Source of the DNA: Eledone cirrhosa
Taxonomy: Eukaryota
Assembly: GCA_964016885.1 (NCBI GenBank)
Contig: OZ024743.1
Coordinates: 290,408,001-290,472,000, forward strand
Direction: 5' to 3'
DNA: 64,000 nt
Shown in pieces: positions 12,400-29,200 of the stretch. The stretch's first letter is position 1. Each line of letters begins with the position of its first letter. The translations under genes and the position numbers were made by a program. A model generated the notes under the pieces. That model ran no database searches and was not told the DNA's origin. It saw only the letters and a program-made list of their open reading frames with translations.

Positions 12400-14955
12400 A
12401 AATCAATTCCGCCTCTGAATCTCCCTTTCTTTAATATTCTTATTTTTGTCTTGGAACTTTCTCCTGATAACTTGGCTCTTTGTGAAACAAATTGAAATTA
12501 TTCTTTTTCTAGTTGTGACATGTACGTTCCAGTCTATAAGCTTCTTTGTCAAAAAGAAACTGTTATTCATATATATCGTCATGGTGTTTTCGTTCGGGAA
12601 AATGTTTCCAAAAGTTTGGAACTGTCTCTTGTGTCTCCTGATGATTCACTCGTGAGCTTTTAACTTCTTTTACACACTATGCTAGGATCTTTTCTTTTTC
12701 TTGGCTCCCACTTCATCTCAAGGCTATAGTATGTTGGATAAATTGTCAGTCATTATCGATAATGTTCTTTCCCTACATCATTCTGCAAATATTTTGATGT
12801 TAGGTGACCTCAATATTCAGCAGGTTAACTGACTTAATCTTACTAACACTACTGATGTTGCTGACATACACACTGTCAAATATTCAGCCGTTCAATCTCG
12901 CAGGCAATCTGTCAATTTCTTTACTCATTCCCCGATAATTCCCATCAATATGACTCAGGTTTTGATTTTTTTCTCACCACTTCACCTGGCACATGACAAT
13001 TCTGATCATGTTATGGTATCTGTTGATGTTTTATATTGATTCGTCTATTAGTCATGCGACTACAATTCACAAGACCTCTTTCTGTTACCATCGATCTGAT
13101 TGGATACATTCTATGATTCTCTCTGTGATGCTCCTTGGAGTGATATCTTAAATATTCCGCTGAAAATTGTAACTGAGATTTCTTCTTGGGTGGAAACTAA
13201 CATTGTGTTTGTTGTGCCATCTAGCAAATATCAGGTGAATCTCAATCGTCTCCTGAGTTAACACCTGGCTGCTCACCTACTATTGCCCAGAGAAATCGTC
13301 TTTTCCGGCAATATCCACGTGGCCCCTCTGATCACAACCGATGCTTATTTGTGACTGCACTTTAAATGACTGCAGGTTTGCCGAAACAATGAAAGGTTGT
13401 ATTGCTTCTCAAAAGTTTGATTCACGGGGTAGCGATGTAACAGAGTTTTGAATAGCGGTAAGTAACTATCTCTCCCTCTTTTTAATAAATTTGATGTATT
13501 AATGTTCTATTGAAAAGAGTAAGTGCTTCGCCCAGAAACCCTTTTCCCATTTGTTGAATCTTTGCCTGACAATTCTCTCAGAACCGACATAGTACAGTGC
13601 GTTATGCATACCACTCAATCAACATTTCTGATGTCATCTCAAATATTGATCGCCATAACGCATTTGGATCTGATGTAAGTCCTGTCATATTCTTGGGAAT
13701 GAATTTCGCCTCCTGAAAAAGCTCCCCTTGTATATAAATTTTTGAAGAACCTCTTCGTTTGTTTCAATATTTAAGAATTCTGGAGTACTGTCTGATTTTT
13801 CTAACTACCACGCTATAAGACTCTTGACAAATTAGTTGAGGCGTTAAACAATAATCAATTGGTTAAGCAACTTAACTCGTTGCATCATATTTCAGATAAA
13901 ACTATAGCTTTAGTTTCTCACGATCAATTACTGATATATTAACTGATTTTGCTGAGTGTATCAGCCCTGATTTTGACAAATCGGGTGATCTAGCGCTGTT
14001 GGCTTGCTTATCGATTAAGGCTTTTGGCAGGATTCAGCTTGTTGGTCTCCCTTATGTCGAAAAGTTATGTTGCTTCTAGACGGAATTTCAAACTAATTAA
14101 ATATTTCTTATCCAATCACTAATTGAATGGTGTCTTGAATTACCGGTCTTCTAGTTCCTTCCGCATTAATACAGGTATTTCCCAGAGCTAAATCATTTGT
14201 CCTATACAGTTCTAAATTTTCATCAATGATCTTAGCAATGATGACTTTTCTCAGCTTGGTAAGTATGTGGATGATACAACTCTTTATAATTTGGTTGAGG
14301 ATAATTGTGATATGTTTGATAAAGTCCAATTAACAGCTGATCCTGAATATGTTGAATGAGACAAGAAAAGGCTTCTTTACCTCAATCCATTTAAGACTAA
14401 ATTGCTACTATTTAATCAGATTAGAGAATCGCATTCGTCTTTATGGCTGATCATGGGCGCAATCCGACACCTTATTTGTCTGACATTCCATACATATTTG
14501 AGATGGAGTTATTTTATCGTATATATTCATAAACCTACCATTCATCCTTTTATTGAGTACTGATGTCATCTGGTCAGGTGATCTTGCCGTGCACATTGAG
14601 AGTCTGGAAAAGATCCAAAGCATAATCATCATAATTGGTTCTGATTTACCACATCGGTTTTCATCAATATCACGCCGTCGAATATTGCTCTTCTATGCAT
14701 TTTCTATAAATATTTTCATGGGAATTGTTCTAATGATCTCTCCTTTTTCTTGCCTCGTATTTACACTATTGGCGGCGCGATGTCATCCGTTTACAGGTGG
14801 AATTCTTAAACAAAATCACAAATTTTATTTCGACGGTTTCTTTTCTCAAATTTCTCGCATATGAAATTCCCGTCCGGACGCTTGATTTCCGGGCCACTAA
14901 AATTTAAAAGAATTCCCCAAGCAGCATCAATTGCCAATCTTTCTCTCCTGGAATT
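12400..14955 (+). mobile_element. Heavily decayed CR1-like LINE (EN + RT relic)
   Basis: Relic motifs in the expected order: LGDLN (~12800), SDW..DAPWSDI (~13095-13145), SNYHAIRLL (~13800), KAFGRI (~14020), FIND (~14220), YVDDTT (~14265). Many stops and frameshifts. Confidence 0.7.
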
Positions 14956-15010
14956 GAGTTATTTTTGACTTGTCATTTTCCCTACCCAGTAATTCATTGC
15001 TGAGACTGAA

Positions 15011-15173
<163 letters not shown>

Positions 15174-15396
15174 TTTCGTTTCTGAATTTGTTTAGCAAGA
15201 TTCTTTATCTGAAATCGTGTGTTGAAACCGATATTGTTATACTTTGGGAGGGTCATGGTCCCAATAAGAAACACACGCACCAGTTGCTTTCATTTCAATT
15301 TATTATATATTTATAAATTTATAAATTTACAAATTTACAAACTTATAAATTTCTGGTTGGTTGGTTGGTTCCACAGCCAGATAGTTGTTTATATAT

Positions 15397-15441
15397 AGTC
15401 ATAGTCCTTTCATCACACACTCTGTGACCTCTTCAGTGACT
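15397..15441 (-). ncRNA. Minimal type I hammerhead ribozyme motif (Penelope pLTR type)
   Basis: Minus strand: agtca CTGAAGA g gtcaca gagtg tgtgat GAAA ggac TA tgact. Helix I agtca/tgact, helix II gtcaca/tgtgat, core intact, minimal helix III. Confidence 0.72.
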
Positions 15442-15555
15442 GGGGATTCCTTTCCTTTGTTTCTGTGCCTTTCCTTTCTTCTATCCTCCGCCATTTTGTT
15501 TCAATGCTCTCCTCTATCTACAACCCACACAATTTTGCTACTTTCTCTTTTATTA

Positions 15556-17488
<1,933 letters not shown>

Positions 17489-17940
17489 GTCTCTGTTTGA
17501 GTGTGTATGTGAATGTGTGTGTCTAGCTTTCTTTGATTTGACTTAGGTATTATTATTTGGAAAAATTATTCATATGAGAAGAGTCAAAATCTAATAAATA
17601 GAAAATTTAAAGAAAAGACGAGTGGACGTTATAAAAATATATATTATGTATAATCAATATTGATTGCTGTTCTTTGAAGTAGTTCAACTTTTCCAAGAAA
17701 TATTATTATAACCGAAGGATAATTGAATTTTCAAATATATTCATATCTCGGGTAAATCTACATTTATTTGTTTCCATTTACAAAAAAGAAAGAAAAAAAT
17801 TACACAATATATATAAATACGTGTGGCCTTTTCAAACGCCATGTTGACAAATTTTATATCATTTAAATATTTACAATAAAATGTAAGACCCAGCTGAATT
17901 TGTGCAGTCTTCTCATCTCTCATTCTCTGCCTCTAATTCT

Positions 17941-18110
<170 letters not shown>

Positions 18111-20186
18111 GAGGGAGAGATATCATAAAAAAGTCACAAATATTGAAACTTACATACGCTACAAACCAACAGATTCCAAACAATACATGCTATTCCCCTC
18201 CAACCATCCAAGCACACGAAGACGGACATTCCTTTTAACCAAGCAAGAAAAATTTGCACAATTGTCTCCAATTATGAAACGCGAAATAAAAGACTTCAAG
18301 ATTAAAGGAAATTCTACTCGAAAGACAGTACCCACCATTACTAATAAATAATGGAATAGAAAGGGCTAAAGCAATAAGCATTGAAGAATTACGAAAACAG
18401 AAACAAATTCAAGGTACGTCCAATATTCTATCATATATCTCAACACACAACCCAAGAAATGCGGAATCTTACAACACTATTCACAAGAACATCCCACTAT
18501 TGTAACAGCAACCAATAATGAAAAAAAGGCCTTGAAACACAGAAAATAATCAAAAGCAAAAGACAACCGAAATCACTAAAAACATTACTCAACAATGGCA
18601 AATTACCTACCACAAACCCACAAATAACTGTCAAAAAATGTGGTAGTTCTAATTGTGGAACCTGCCCTCACCTCATTGAAGGCAATATGTATACATTTCA
18701 ATCAGGACAACTTTTTGCTATAGAAAATCACTTCACTTTCTCATCAAAAAATCTACTTTATGCCATGAAATGTAAAGGTTGCAATGAAGAATATATAGGA
18801 CAAACTAAACTCACACATTTCATCACAAACAATTACCAGATCCGACCACTAGACAGATACCACTAAGTGCACATCTAGATATATCCGCAAGTAATAAGAC
18901 ACCAAGTCTTCCCATTTTATCTTTGCGCTGACAATACAACAGAACAAATACGAATATATAAGGAAAATATGTTTATTCAAAAATATAGACCAGCATTAAA
19001 TATAATTTAATACACATTATGTCAACACCATAACATGCTAACCATCCAAACAGACACATACTTAGACACACACACATAACACTTATTTTATAAAATAAAA
19101 ACCAGAACTAAATAAAACTTAACATACGTTAATACTCTAACACCTTAACATGTTAACCTCACCTCCACATACACATAACTCCCTCCCCCATTTCTAGTAA
19201 CGGAATCATTTTCCTACACTCACACACACACACACACATAACACCCATACACACACACAACTCCCTCCCCTATTTCTACTAATAGAATCATATCCCCCCC
19301 CCCACACACACACACCAGCACACAAATAAATATACATATCTCTGCTTGCTTTATTTCAATAGAAAGTCTGAATTTACACACCCCAGCACAGCAGCCATTT
19401 TCACTGAACAAGAACAATTTTCCCCATCCCGTTTTTCTTGACCATTATCTTTTTGGGGGTACACAATTTTCTAAAAGGTTACAAAACAAATTCCAAGATA
19501 CGGGCTCGAAATTTAATGTACCTGTTCACGTGACAGTCATAATATCATTTATAAGTAATCAAAGTTACATTTCAGCACATCAGTCATACTCGGAACAACT
19601 CTCTCCATCTCTCTTTCTTGACCATTATCTTTTGTTTGGCACAAAATTCTTTAAATGGCTACGAAAACAATTCCAAAATACGGGCGCGAAATTTAAAGTA
19701 GTTGTCACATGACAGTAATAATTTCATTTATAACCAATCAAATTACATTTATAAAAAAACGCCTTCTGGAGCCACCTCTTTTTAAGTAAAAAGAAATTCA
19801 AACACAAACTGGCACGAAAGCTGATGTGCTTATTCACGTGACGGCATCAACCAGCAAAACTTCACTCATATATTAAAAAAAAACCTGAGCCCCTCCTCCC
19901 CTTTTTTTGAAGGGAAATATAATAAAACTTTGTAACGCGAACTGGCGCGAAATTTATTATACTTATTCACCAACCAAATTACTTCTCTAAAAACCTAGCA
20001 TTTCGAGCCACTTTTTTCCATATAAAACAGAAGTAACATTCAAATACCAACCAGATGTGAGAAAAACCACAAACCCTCCATCTCAATTCTACTTCGAAAA
20101 GCAGAACTGCAAAACCGGTAAAGGAACCAAATAAATATATATTTTTATAAAAAAAGACTCCAGTTGCATTTTCAATTTCATTTTTT

Positions 20187-20190
<4 letters not shown>
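18111..20190 (+). mobile_element. Penelope-like element remnant (Neptune-like linker): RT C-terminus, GIY-YIG and 3' region
   Basis: Reads YKPTDSKQYMLF.SNHP, IPFNQARKICTIVS, CGSSNCGTCPHL, NLLYAMKCKGCNEEYIGQT, FIQKYRPALN (18140-19000, with frameshifts). Decayed hammerhead at 20091-20124. Bounded by (TA)n on both sides. The 3' extent is inferred. Confidence 0.8.
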
Positions 20191-20239
<49 letters not shown>

Positions 20240-20879
20240 AGTTAAAAACTCAGAGTAGTCTCTTACAATTAAATAGCTCTAAGAAAAAAGCTTCTTTCCG
20301 AGCCGTACAATATAATTGAATAAACAAGAGAGATGAACACTAATATAAACATCCATGTGTTCGAATCGTAAGGACCAAATTTGCTAGGGTGAAAAAGTAC
20401 TAACAACAGTAATATGATTTGTTATCCTTAACTTTAAATATTAAATTAAGAAAAATTCAGAAAAATTAACAGACCTATATTGGGCAAAACGCCTGGTAAC
20501 AACTAGACAGTATTGGAGACTGTTTTGCAACGACTTATTAAGTGAAGTTCTCACGTTTCTCTCTTCCTCAGTAGTTATTGAGAAATTAATGATCCTTTCA
20601 CTTCTAAAAATATCAGAGAATGAATTGTGTACGATATGAATTATCGCACGTGTCATTCGGAACCCCTCTTGTCTCGAAATTCTCTGCCGCTAAAAATAGC
20701 AGCCTGGCTGACAGGACATTAAAAATTGGCTCTGCATGATGGAGCCGACACATATATATTGAGTTAAGAACTCAGAGAACCATATTGCTGTAATTAGTAC
20801 TTTTTTACCCTAGCAAATTTGGTCCTTACGATTCAAACACATGTATGTTTATATTAGTGTTCATCTCTCTTGTTTATTC

Positions 20880-20926
<47 letters not shown>

Positions 20927-21080
20927 ATACATTAACAGAGAAAGCTTTAAGCGATACTCTGACCAACTCCATCTCACTCAACAAACATTAGGATATACCT
21001 AAGTATAATCCCAATTTAGTGTTTGGTGGAAAGTGGTTGTATTATTTTATATGAAACATAATTAAATAAATCTCTTTCTT

Positions 21081-21203
21081 TCCATTCGATCGTTTCGTTA
21101 TAAGATTTCTACAATTTGGGATAAATAATGTCCAAGTTATGTAGAAACTTGTATATAATCCATAGAAATATACACAAGCCGGCCCTTATAACTCATCAGT
21201 GGA
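21081..21203 (-). ncRNA. Type I hammerhead motif with a large helix II insertion; cleavage triplet mutated
   Basis: tcca CTGATGA gttataag ...~80 nt... cttataac GAAA cgatcg AA tgga. Confidence 0.68.
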
Positions 21204-21889
21204 TGCCCATGCAATACTGATATAAAACATTACATTGATATTAATAATTAGTGGTGGTCTCCGTCAGTCCTAGAAGGACAGCTACATTTGAAAAGCTAGT
21301 AGTCCTTCAAATATAATTAATCGACTGATAAGTTTCAAAACGCCGGTAAAATAACGTAGAAATATATAGATGTCAAAGTAATTTTTACCCAGTCTATTTC
21401 AACATGATATTTCAGGGAATCGACCATCTTTTTACATGCGAAACGGAAGCAGATGAAAACAAACACAAACGGCGTTGTGGTTTCGAACGATGACTGATAG
21501 ATTGGTGTATTTTAATGCATGTTCTACCTAATTAAAGATCTTAAAACTTAAGCCAACAGAAAAGTGTGGTATGAACAATGACTGTGAAGAGTTTCATTTT
21601 TCTTCCAAGATGTATGCCATTCTAATTACAGAAACGATAACGGAATTTATTAAATATATTTGAGGATTTGGTCATTTGATGTACAAAGACGTTAATAAAC
21701 GTTAATAAACGACGTTAATAAACGATGCATTGGATTTGAGCGTGCTGCTCAAGTATACGAGTGGCTACACTAATTAAAATTCTTCATTTCTATAATAATA
21801 GGCGTAGATGGAATCTGCTGAATTGGTGGGTGCTATTTCACATATCTTTCCTGCTAACGTGTGGATAGTGATTAGATTACAACGTCTTT

Positions 21890-22812
21890 TTTAAGAGAGA
21901 TGTTTCAATCTGGATTTCACACTTTATGCATGATCACGTAATTATTTTCTTTATTTTGCATTGATTTACTTAGAGGAAAGGTCACAAATGACCCACATCT
22001 TGGAATCAGATGCAATATTTCTCGTTTGACGGATCTGGATTTTGCAGATGAATCGAAACAGTTACTGCAGAGGTGAAGCGACAACCTGCCAAGTAATGCT
22101 GCGAAAGTTGGGCTAAGAATCATCTCAGGAAAAAAGGTGGTCATGTCAGTGAAGGACGAAAACCCTATTAACATACAAGTAAATAACACATATGCAGATG
22201 AGATTGAGAGGTTCACCTACCTGGGTGGCAGCATTTCCATCAGAGGTGACACGGAACAAGACGTTCTGAGCAGAATTGGAAAAGCAGTCTCTGTTTTGTG
22301 GAGTCTTAGATATATGTGGCAATCTAATCAGACAACTCTAAAATAGTAGAGAGCTTTATATAATTCTCTGTTCATCCTACTTACCACCTATGTTACTGAA
22401 ACTTGGAAGATGACAGAAGGGCTTGCCTACCAGCTAGATGTATTCCACCAGAGGTACCCCGAAAGATTCCTAGCATCTCTTGGCAAGACAAAATAATGAT
22501 GTAGTATTTTGGAGAGCCAAACAGAAACCACTCAGCATCACGGAGTAAATCATTGTCTGAGATTTCTTAGATATATTTTTAGAATGCTATCAACAACAAA
22601 GGTGAGACTCTATCTCTTAACTAGAATAGAAAATGTGGAGAAAGGAGACTTGCACGCCCATTAACAACAGAGAAGAAGAGGACAGGCCTGAAAGATCTAG
22701 ATGCGGAAGAGCTGACCTATGAGGATTCCAAATCACTGGAAGAAGACCGCCGAGGTTGGATATCTTTTGTTGCTGTTCTACGTTCTACTTGGAATGGGAA
22801 GACCTAAATAAC
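21890..22812 (+). mobile_element. RTE-clade LINE, 5'-truncated and decayed
   Basis: LTDLDFADE (~22025), FTYLGGSISIRGDTEQDVLSRIGKA (22137..22346), Y.TETWKMT, and an RTE-type C-terminus (EDRRGW). Confidence 0.8.
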
Positions 22813-25027
22813 TATCTAATATTTCAATGGAGAGTTTTTGTCATAACTCCATATATATATATATATAGCCGTATACCATTTCAACGATGACAGTCCGTAA
22901 TGTAAGCCTGTATTTGAACTATTTACGTGTGGCTTCGTGTGAGTTAAGAAGCAAGAAATTCACAGGATCTGGCTCTGTTAGTTTTGCCTAGTCTGCTAAA
23001 TAATGTGTTGCAGAAAATGATCTGTTGTTCTCAGGTTTGGTAGAATTTGAGACGGATAACGAAAGGGTTTGGGTTGCTGATGCAACGTTAGGGAAAGCGA
23101 AGAGTTGAAAAGAATCTTGAAGACGGAAAATAGTGGCCAGAGACACCTGAAATGTATTGAAAACCCGCATCATTTGCGAACTAATACGTACGTAATTCAC
23201 TAAACTGTTGAGACGGTAGCTACCGATAGCTTCGTTTTAGAAGTGTGTATAACGTGATTGAAATAAAAAAGTATTCGGAAATCTCCCAAGTCAAATGAAC
23301 TTAATAATAATTGTTTATTTTGAATAACATCTTTTCGTCTCACGTTTTAATTTACGTGATTTGCTGAAATATTATATATAAGGATCGATTATTATTATGG
23401 TAAATAATGTTGGGCCGCTCACATTTCATATGCTTCTTAAATCAACATCTAAACAAAATGATATAAATCAGAAACTAATAGTGATGTTCCAGCATGGCTT
23501 CAGCTAGTCGGCTGAAACAGTTAAAAGCTAAAAAAATAAACCAACTGTTGCTGGACGATGAGGGCAAAAACGAAGAAAGATACTGCCATGTTTAACTGAT
23601 TTAACCGAGCTTATTTTTTGTGCACATATATAACCTGAACCAAAATAATGATTTCTTTATTTAAGGAACAAAGAATAACATTAGTAGACAACACAAGTGT
23701 TTATATTTTCTTCTTTGGCTATCAGCTTATATTTTACAACTTGACCCGAAGTATAACAAATATTTAGATAAAATTCAGTGGTTTCGTTTAAAAAAAAAAA
23801 CACTTCAGTGTAATGAAACGTGATTACAAAAAGTCCACACACACAGAGAGAATCTCTCACATACACACAGACAGAGACAGACACACAAACACGCGCGTGG
23901 ACGCGCCCCCCCCCCCCCACACACACACGCACATATATATATATATGTTTATATACCATATGTATATTATCTGTTTTCCGTTCCTTGTTTCCTATTGTTG
24001 TGAAACTTCCGTGTCAGAGTTCTTTTCACCCAAGCGTGGAGCGAAATGAGGTGTGAAGGGGAAGACAAAGGGAAAAAATAATAAGAATTCGCAGTTGAAT
24101 GGACAAAAATGTTAAACTTTAATTGCGATCAAAACCCGGATTTGTTCTATAATGCTCAATAGTGACTGTTCCGCAAGATATCTGTAACTTTACGCAGTAC
24201 ATATGTTGTTGTTGGTTTTGTTTATCTTGCTTTCCGGATTTTCTTTTGGTTCTTTGTTCATTGACGAATAACAATGTAGTTCTAAATGGCCTCACCTATC
24301 TCACTTCAAAAATCAACCACCGCTGTCATCTGTAGATGATATTTAGAATGTTATCTTTATTTTGCACTTCGTTGCTCTCAACAAGCAGTCATGCATGACT
24401 GCTTGACAAAGAACATTTTCTTTTTATTGGAAAGAAAATAACTTTTTTTTTCTTTTGCTGCGTGTCGACTTTTTTCTTACCGTGGTGATATGTAGCGAAA
24501 AATGTTTTGTTCATCAGATTAATACGGCGATAAAAAGTCATATATTCATACATTAATATCCACTGACCAAAAACAAACAAGCAGAGGAGTTTTAATAGAG
24601 TGACAACATATATATTACGTTAGAATTTATCACAAACAATGTTCAATGTTAACATCTTGAGTTTGATTTCTATAAAAATCTATATGTAACAGAAATAATT
24701 CTATGAATGCTTATTCAACCGATAACCAGTGTATTCGATATATGAAATATGCCTACATAGATTAATTTTTCGGAAAGTGTCCGCAATGTACATACAATGT
24801 ATTTCCAACTACGTAGGAAAATCTGGACAGTAAGTATTTAACGGCTTCTCAAGTTTTTCAACCAAAGTCTATTTTATGTTCTTACTCACTTTTTTATTGA
24901 TCTTTTAGCTTACTGATAATATTTCTTTTTGTATCAATTTCGCACATTTCCCGAATTAAATATTTATAAGTTCATATTAGTGGAAAAAACAATAGATATT
25001 TACAACAGCAAGTGTTAGCAAAATAAG

Positions 25028-25187
<160 letters not shown>

Positions 25188-25352
25188 TGGGGGGGGGGGA
25201 GCGTGTCAGGGTTTGTGATTATTTATCTAAAAAAGTTTGATAAAGTGTTAATAAATAATGCACTTCTCTTTTTTTAAAGTTAACAATACGAATTTGGAAA
25301 CAGAGATTACAATAGCTTATTATTTCACATATTACATTGATTTATTCTAAAA

Positions 25353-26146
25353 CTAGCAGCAGTACCCAGCGTTGCCTGTGTAGGTAAAATAATATCTGCT
25401 TTGATGAAAAGGTGTTGATCTTAGCGACTGCTTCTCGATGACTCATCTATGGCCACATACAGGCCATGCGGATGAGGGTGGTGATGACCTCTATCACTGA
25501 GAAACGCAGGTGACTGACGAAGGTGCATGCTGGGGGAGGGAGTTTTAACTTTGAACAAAATCGGTTGAAAAATGTGGGAGCTAGAGCCGAAAAGGCGGAA
25601 AATTGATCGAAAAAGTGGTATTTTCGAATATTTAAGCGGCTGCCACGCCGTTCCTGAACAAAACATCCAAAATATAAAGCCACTTTAAGACGTGAAATAA
25701 TCAGATCTAGCGTAGTCTAAACTCTGAACAAAGTAGGTTGATTAATGTGGGAGCTAGAACCGAAAAAGTGGAAATTTGACTCTAAAAGTGGTACTCTTGA
25801 ATATTTAAGCGGCTGCCACGCCGTTCCTGAACAACAAATACAAAACATAAAGTAACGACAGGGTGTGCAATGGTAAATTCTATTTAGCTCTAAAATTTGA
25901 ACGAAATCGGTGGCTAAATGTGGGAGCTAGAGCCAAAAATCTTTAAAAAGGTGACACCTATCGCCTATCGATGTTTATCTGCAGAATGACCCCGGAATAA
26001 AAACAAACCGTTACGCTGATATATAGAAAACACTCCCCGTTGACTAATCCATGAGCCTGTAAAGTTTCATGAAAATCGGTCGTAAGGTGTAGGCCCCTAT
26101 AGGTAATACACACACACACACATACTTAATTTTATATATATACAGA
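25353..26146 (-). mobile_element. Non-autonomous Helitron-like element with ~185-190 bp internal tandem repeats
   Basis: Minus strand A|TCTGTATATATATAAAA...(TG)n at the 5' end and ...GGCAACGCTGGGTACTGCTGCTAG|T at the 3' end. AATGTGGGAGCTAGA recurs near 25571, 25745 and 25917. Confidence 0.82.
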
Positions 26147-26209
26147 TATTCCATTTAAAGGGAGCTAAACCACGTCTTTTAACGCTTCTTAATGATTTTT
26201 GAGTGTGAA

Positions 26210-26282
26210 ATAATAATTGTTTCTACTTTTAGCACAAGGCCAGCAGTTACCCAGTGCATTACTGGTACTTTATTTTATCGAG
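26210..26282 (-). mobile_element. SINE 3' tail fragment
   Basis: Reverse complement of CGATAAAATAAAGTACCAG...CCTTGTGCTAAAAGTAGAAACAATTATTA. Confidence 0.85.
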
Positions 26283-29200
26283 TGGGAAATAATATCATCA
26301 AGAGCCATTTTAAGAATCTGCTAATTCAAAAATATTGGTAATTTGACTATTTCTTTAGTTTGGATGTCAAAAGGCATTCTTTTTGTGAAACCAATTTACC
26401 TTCTAAATACCATATTGTAAATAATTAAGGTATATACTATTTGAAAGGATGGCGATAGGTGTCGATCGTTAGGACGCACCCATAAACATTTCCATCGTCT
26501 TTGCTTTGCTGATACTATTAACCCATGAAAAAAATTGGCAAAATGAGAGGGGCCTTATCTCAAAATTTATTGATATAGACAAAAGTAATGCTGTAACCCA
26601 CCTTCCATCGACTGGGATTTAATTATCGGCACGGAAACGATAACTTTTGCAATTGTGCTCTGCAGAACTTAATCTCAAAGCGTTGTGAGAAAAAAAAAAC
26701 AAAAAAACAAATGCCGAGTCATTCAAACTAATATTTTGATGAAATGTTATCCAGGATTTCATGAAATTTATTTCGAAACTAGATGCACCGAATGCCAATA
26801 TGACTTTGAAAGTAGAGAAATGGTTGTAAGAAACATTACTCCAATACTGGACATGGCGTTGTCAACTATTCCTTTGAAAGAGAATTATATCAGACTGAGG
26901 TTCAGGAGGGTCTGACTGATAATTCCTGAGATAGGCGCCAGTTCAGAGTTAGATATCCCTCCACTTAACTTCAAAACTCGAGGTCCATTTCGGTGTGTGC
27001 TGTGTAGGATGGAATATTTGAGCGAGAAACTATAAAACCTATATCCATTAATCAAACATACTATAGAATTTGTGATATTTACCTCTCGATGGCCATAGAG
27101 ATTAAATTGAACTAAAGAAGGTGTGCTATTATTACGATTTCTGTTCTTACGCCCTAACATCTCGCTGGAAATCGTTTATTATATTAAATCTAATACTATA
27201 TCTACCACTTTGACTTAGTTTCTCTAAATAAAGCTCTTCAATTTCATTTCCGAATGTTTTATTCATCTTTCTAAATTACTTAGTTTCTCTTGCATGGAAT
27301 GCAGTTATCACATTTTAGCTAAGGTCTATGATGGGACTGTTTCTCTAAGCGAACGAATTGAAATGTGAGTATATATCATATATGACCCTGCTTCGGTAGT
27401 TAACCATCAAACTCTTGTTTGGTATCTCTATCTTTGTTTTATAAATATTTTGCATCTCTATCTTTATTTTATAAATGTTGCATGCTTGTATTTGTACTGA
27501 AATTCCTCCTTACAACAATTTATTCTCAGCGTTTCCATCTGGCATTCTTCTCTTTTTGGAGTACTTACTGCAGTATTACTTTCTTTTACTAATCACCTGT
27601 CTCACGGGATTATATTTGTTTTTTTATGTTATTCTGAGAGTTGTGGTCTGAGATGTTTTAATTCTTTTTAAACTCGATGTTTGTCTGATTTCAAGAGCAG
27701 CTTCTTAATCGGTTTTCTTTCGTTCGATGGCCTTTGTAACTTCCGAAATATCAATTAGGTGCTTGGGCCTTTTCTATTGATATGTGATTGCCCCTTTTGG
27801 GAATGATTTTAAAAGAATGAAAGAATTTAAATGTTTAGGTTGTTAAGTAAAAAGAAACACAGATCATTGAATAGTTGAGATAGTACTGACTAATACGTTT
27901 TCAGACTGGGGAAAGTGTATCTAGTGTAGTTCATTTTAGTTTCCACTACAAACTTTATGCCGACAACATTATAGCTAATCAAATGGTATATAACGATAGC
28001 CCACCCATTATAAAGTATTTCTGTCCAAAGATATTACTAAATATTTATTGCTAGTTAGATGAAGACATAATTTTTAAAGTGGCCATTCTTTAAGAAATAT
28101 ACAAATCAACTACTCTCAGATGCAATATATAGGGGTGGGTGGAAAATCGGTAATTTTTCTAGGTTGAACTCCTTGGGATGTAAACAAAATATTGGTCGTT
28201 TACCTTACATAGTGAAACCCCAATTGCACCGATTTATTTTATAACGTGTGAGATTTCTTGTAATTTTCTTTTTCTTTGTCTTGTATAATGTTTTTTAATG
28301 TCTAAAAAAATAATTATCACAGGAATATTACAATGTAAAATAAATAAGCAATATGTAATACACGGCTGGTTAAGAGCCGGTGAGATGGATAAATCTGAGA
28401 AATTAATATGCAAGGCGGGGGTGGGGAATTATTGTAAAATTCTAAACCCGAGAGAACGTGTATCCTAGTTGAACTGCAGCATGCCCTCTTAATCAATTAA
28501 ACTTGTCATTTAAGCACATACACAGTCGAGTAAATACATATGTATTGAATGCACATACACATGTGTATTCAATTGCAAACACATTTCTTAACGTATCCTG
28601 CTCCTACGTAAAAACAGATTAGCCATTATTCAAAACTTTCAGTAGCAAAGCTAAAACTTAAAGCAATATTCCTCAGATGTGGAGTATTAAGAAAGTGTTA
28701 TTTCCTTTTTATGAAATTGATATGATTATCAATGTAAACAAATTGCGCATGATTAGAAAATATGATTGTACAATTGTTAAAATTCAGCCTGCATCTAACA
28801 ATATAATAAAGCATATTACTTTAAAATGGGTGATACATTTCAAATTATTAAGAATGCATACACTTAACTACCAAAATATGCACATACATACTGTTATGTT
28901 ATATATATCATGATAAGCTTGAAGAAGAGAAAACAAAACCACATTTCAAAGTAGAGACGTTAATAGCTACGTAAATATATGAGTTTGTAAGTCTAGTTCA
29001 ATAATTATTCATTTAAACTCTTCAGTCCCTTGCTTTCGTAACTTTCCACCCATTCAGCAGTATTTTCTCACGTGTCTGTACTTACTGACAAACTCCTATC
29101 TGATATTTAATGAACCATGAGATGTTTGAATTTCATAAATATGAAATTTTACTCGGCATTGCATAATTCAAATCTTTATTTCTGATTGTGTGTCTTTTTT

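Noticed and set aside
26450-27900. Possible very old LINE relic on the minus strand
   Set aside because: Only vague RT-like hints; no motif series I can defend.
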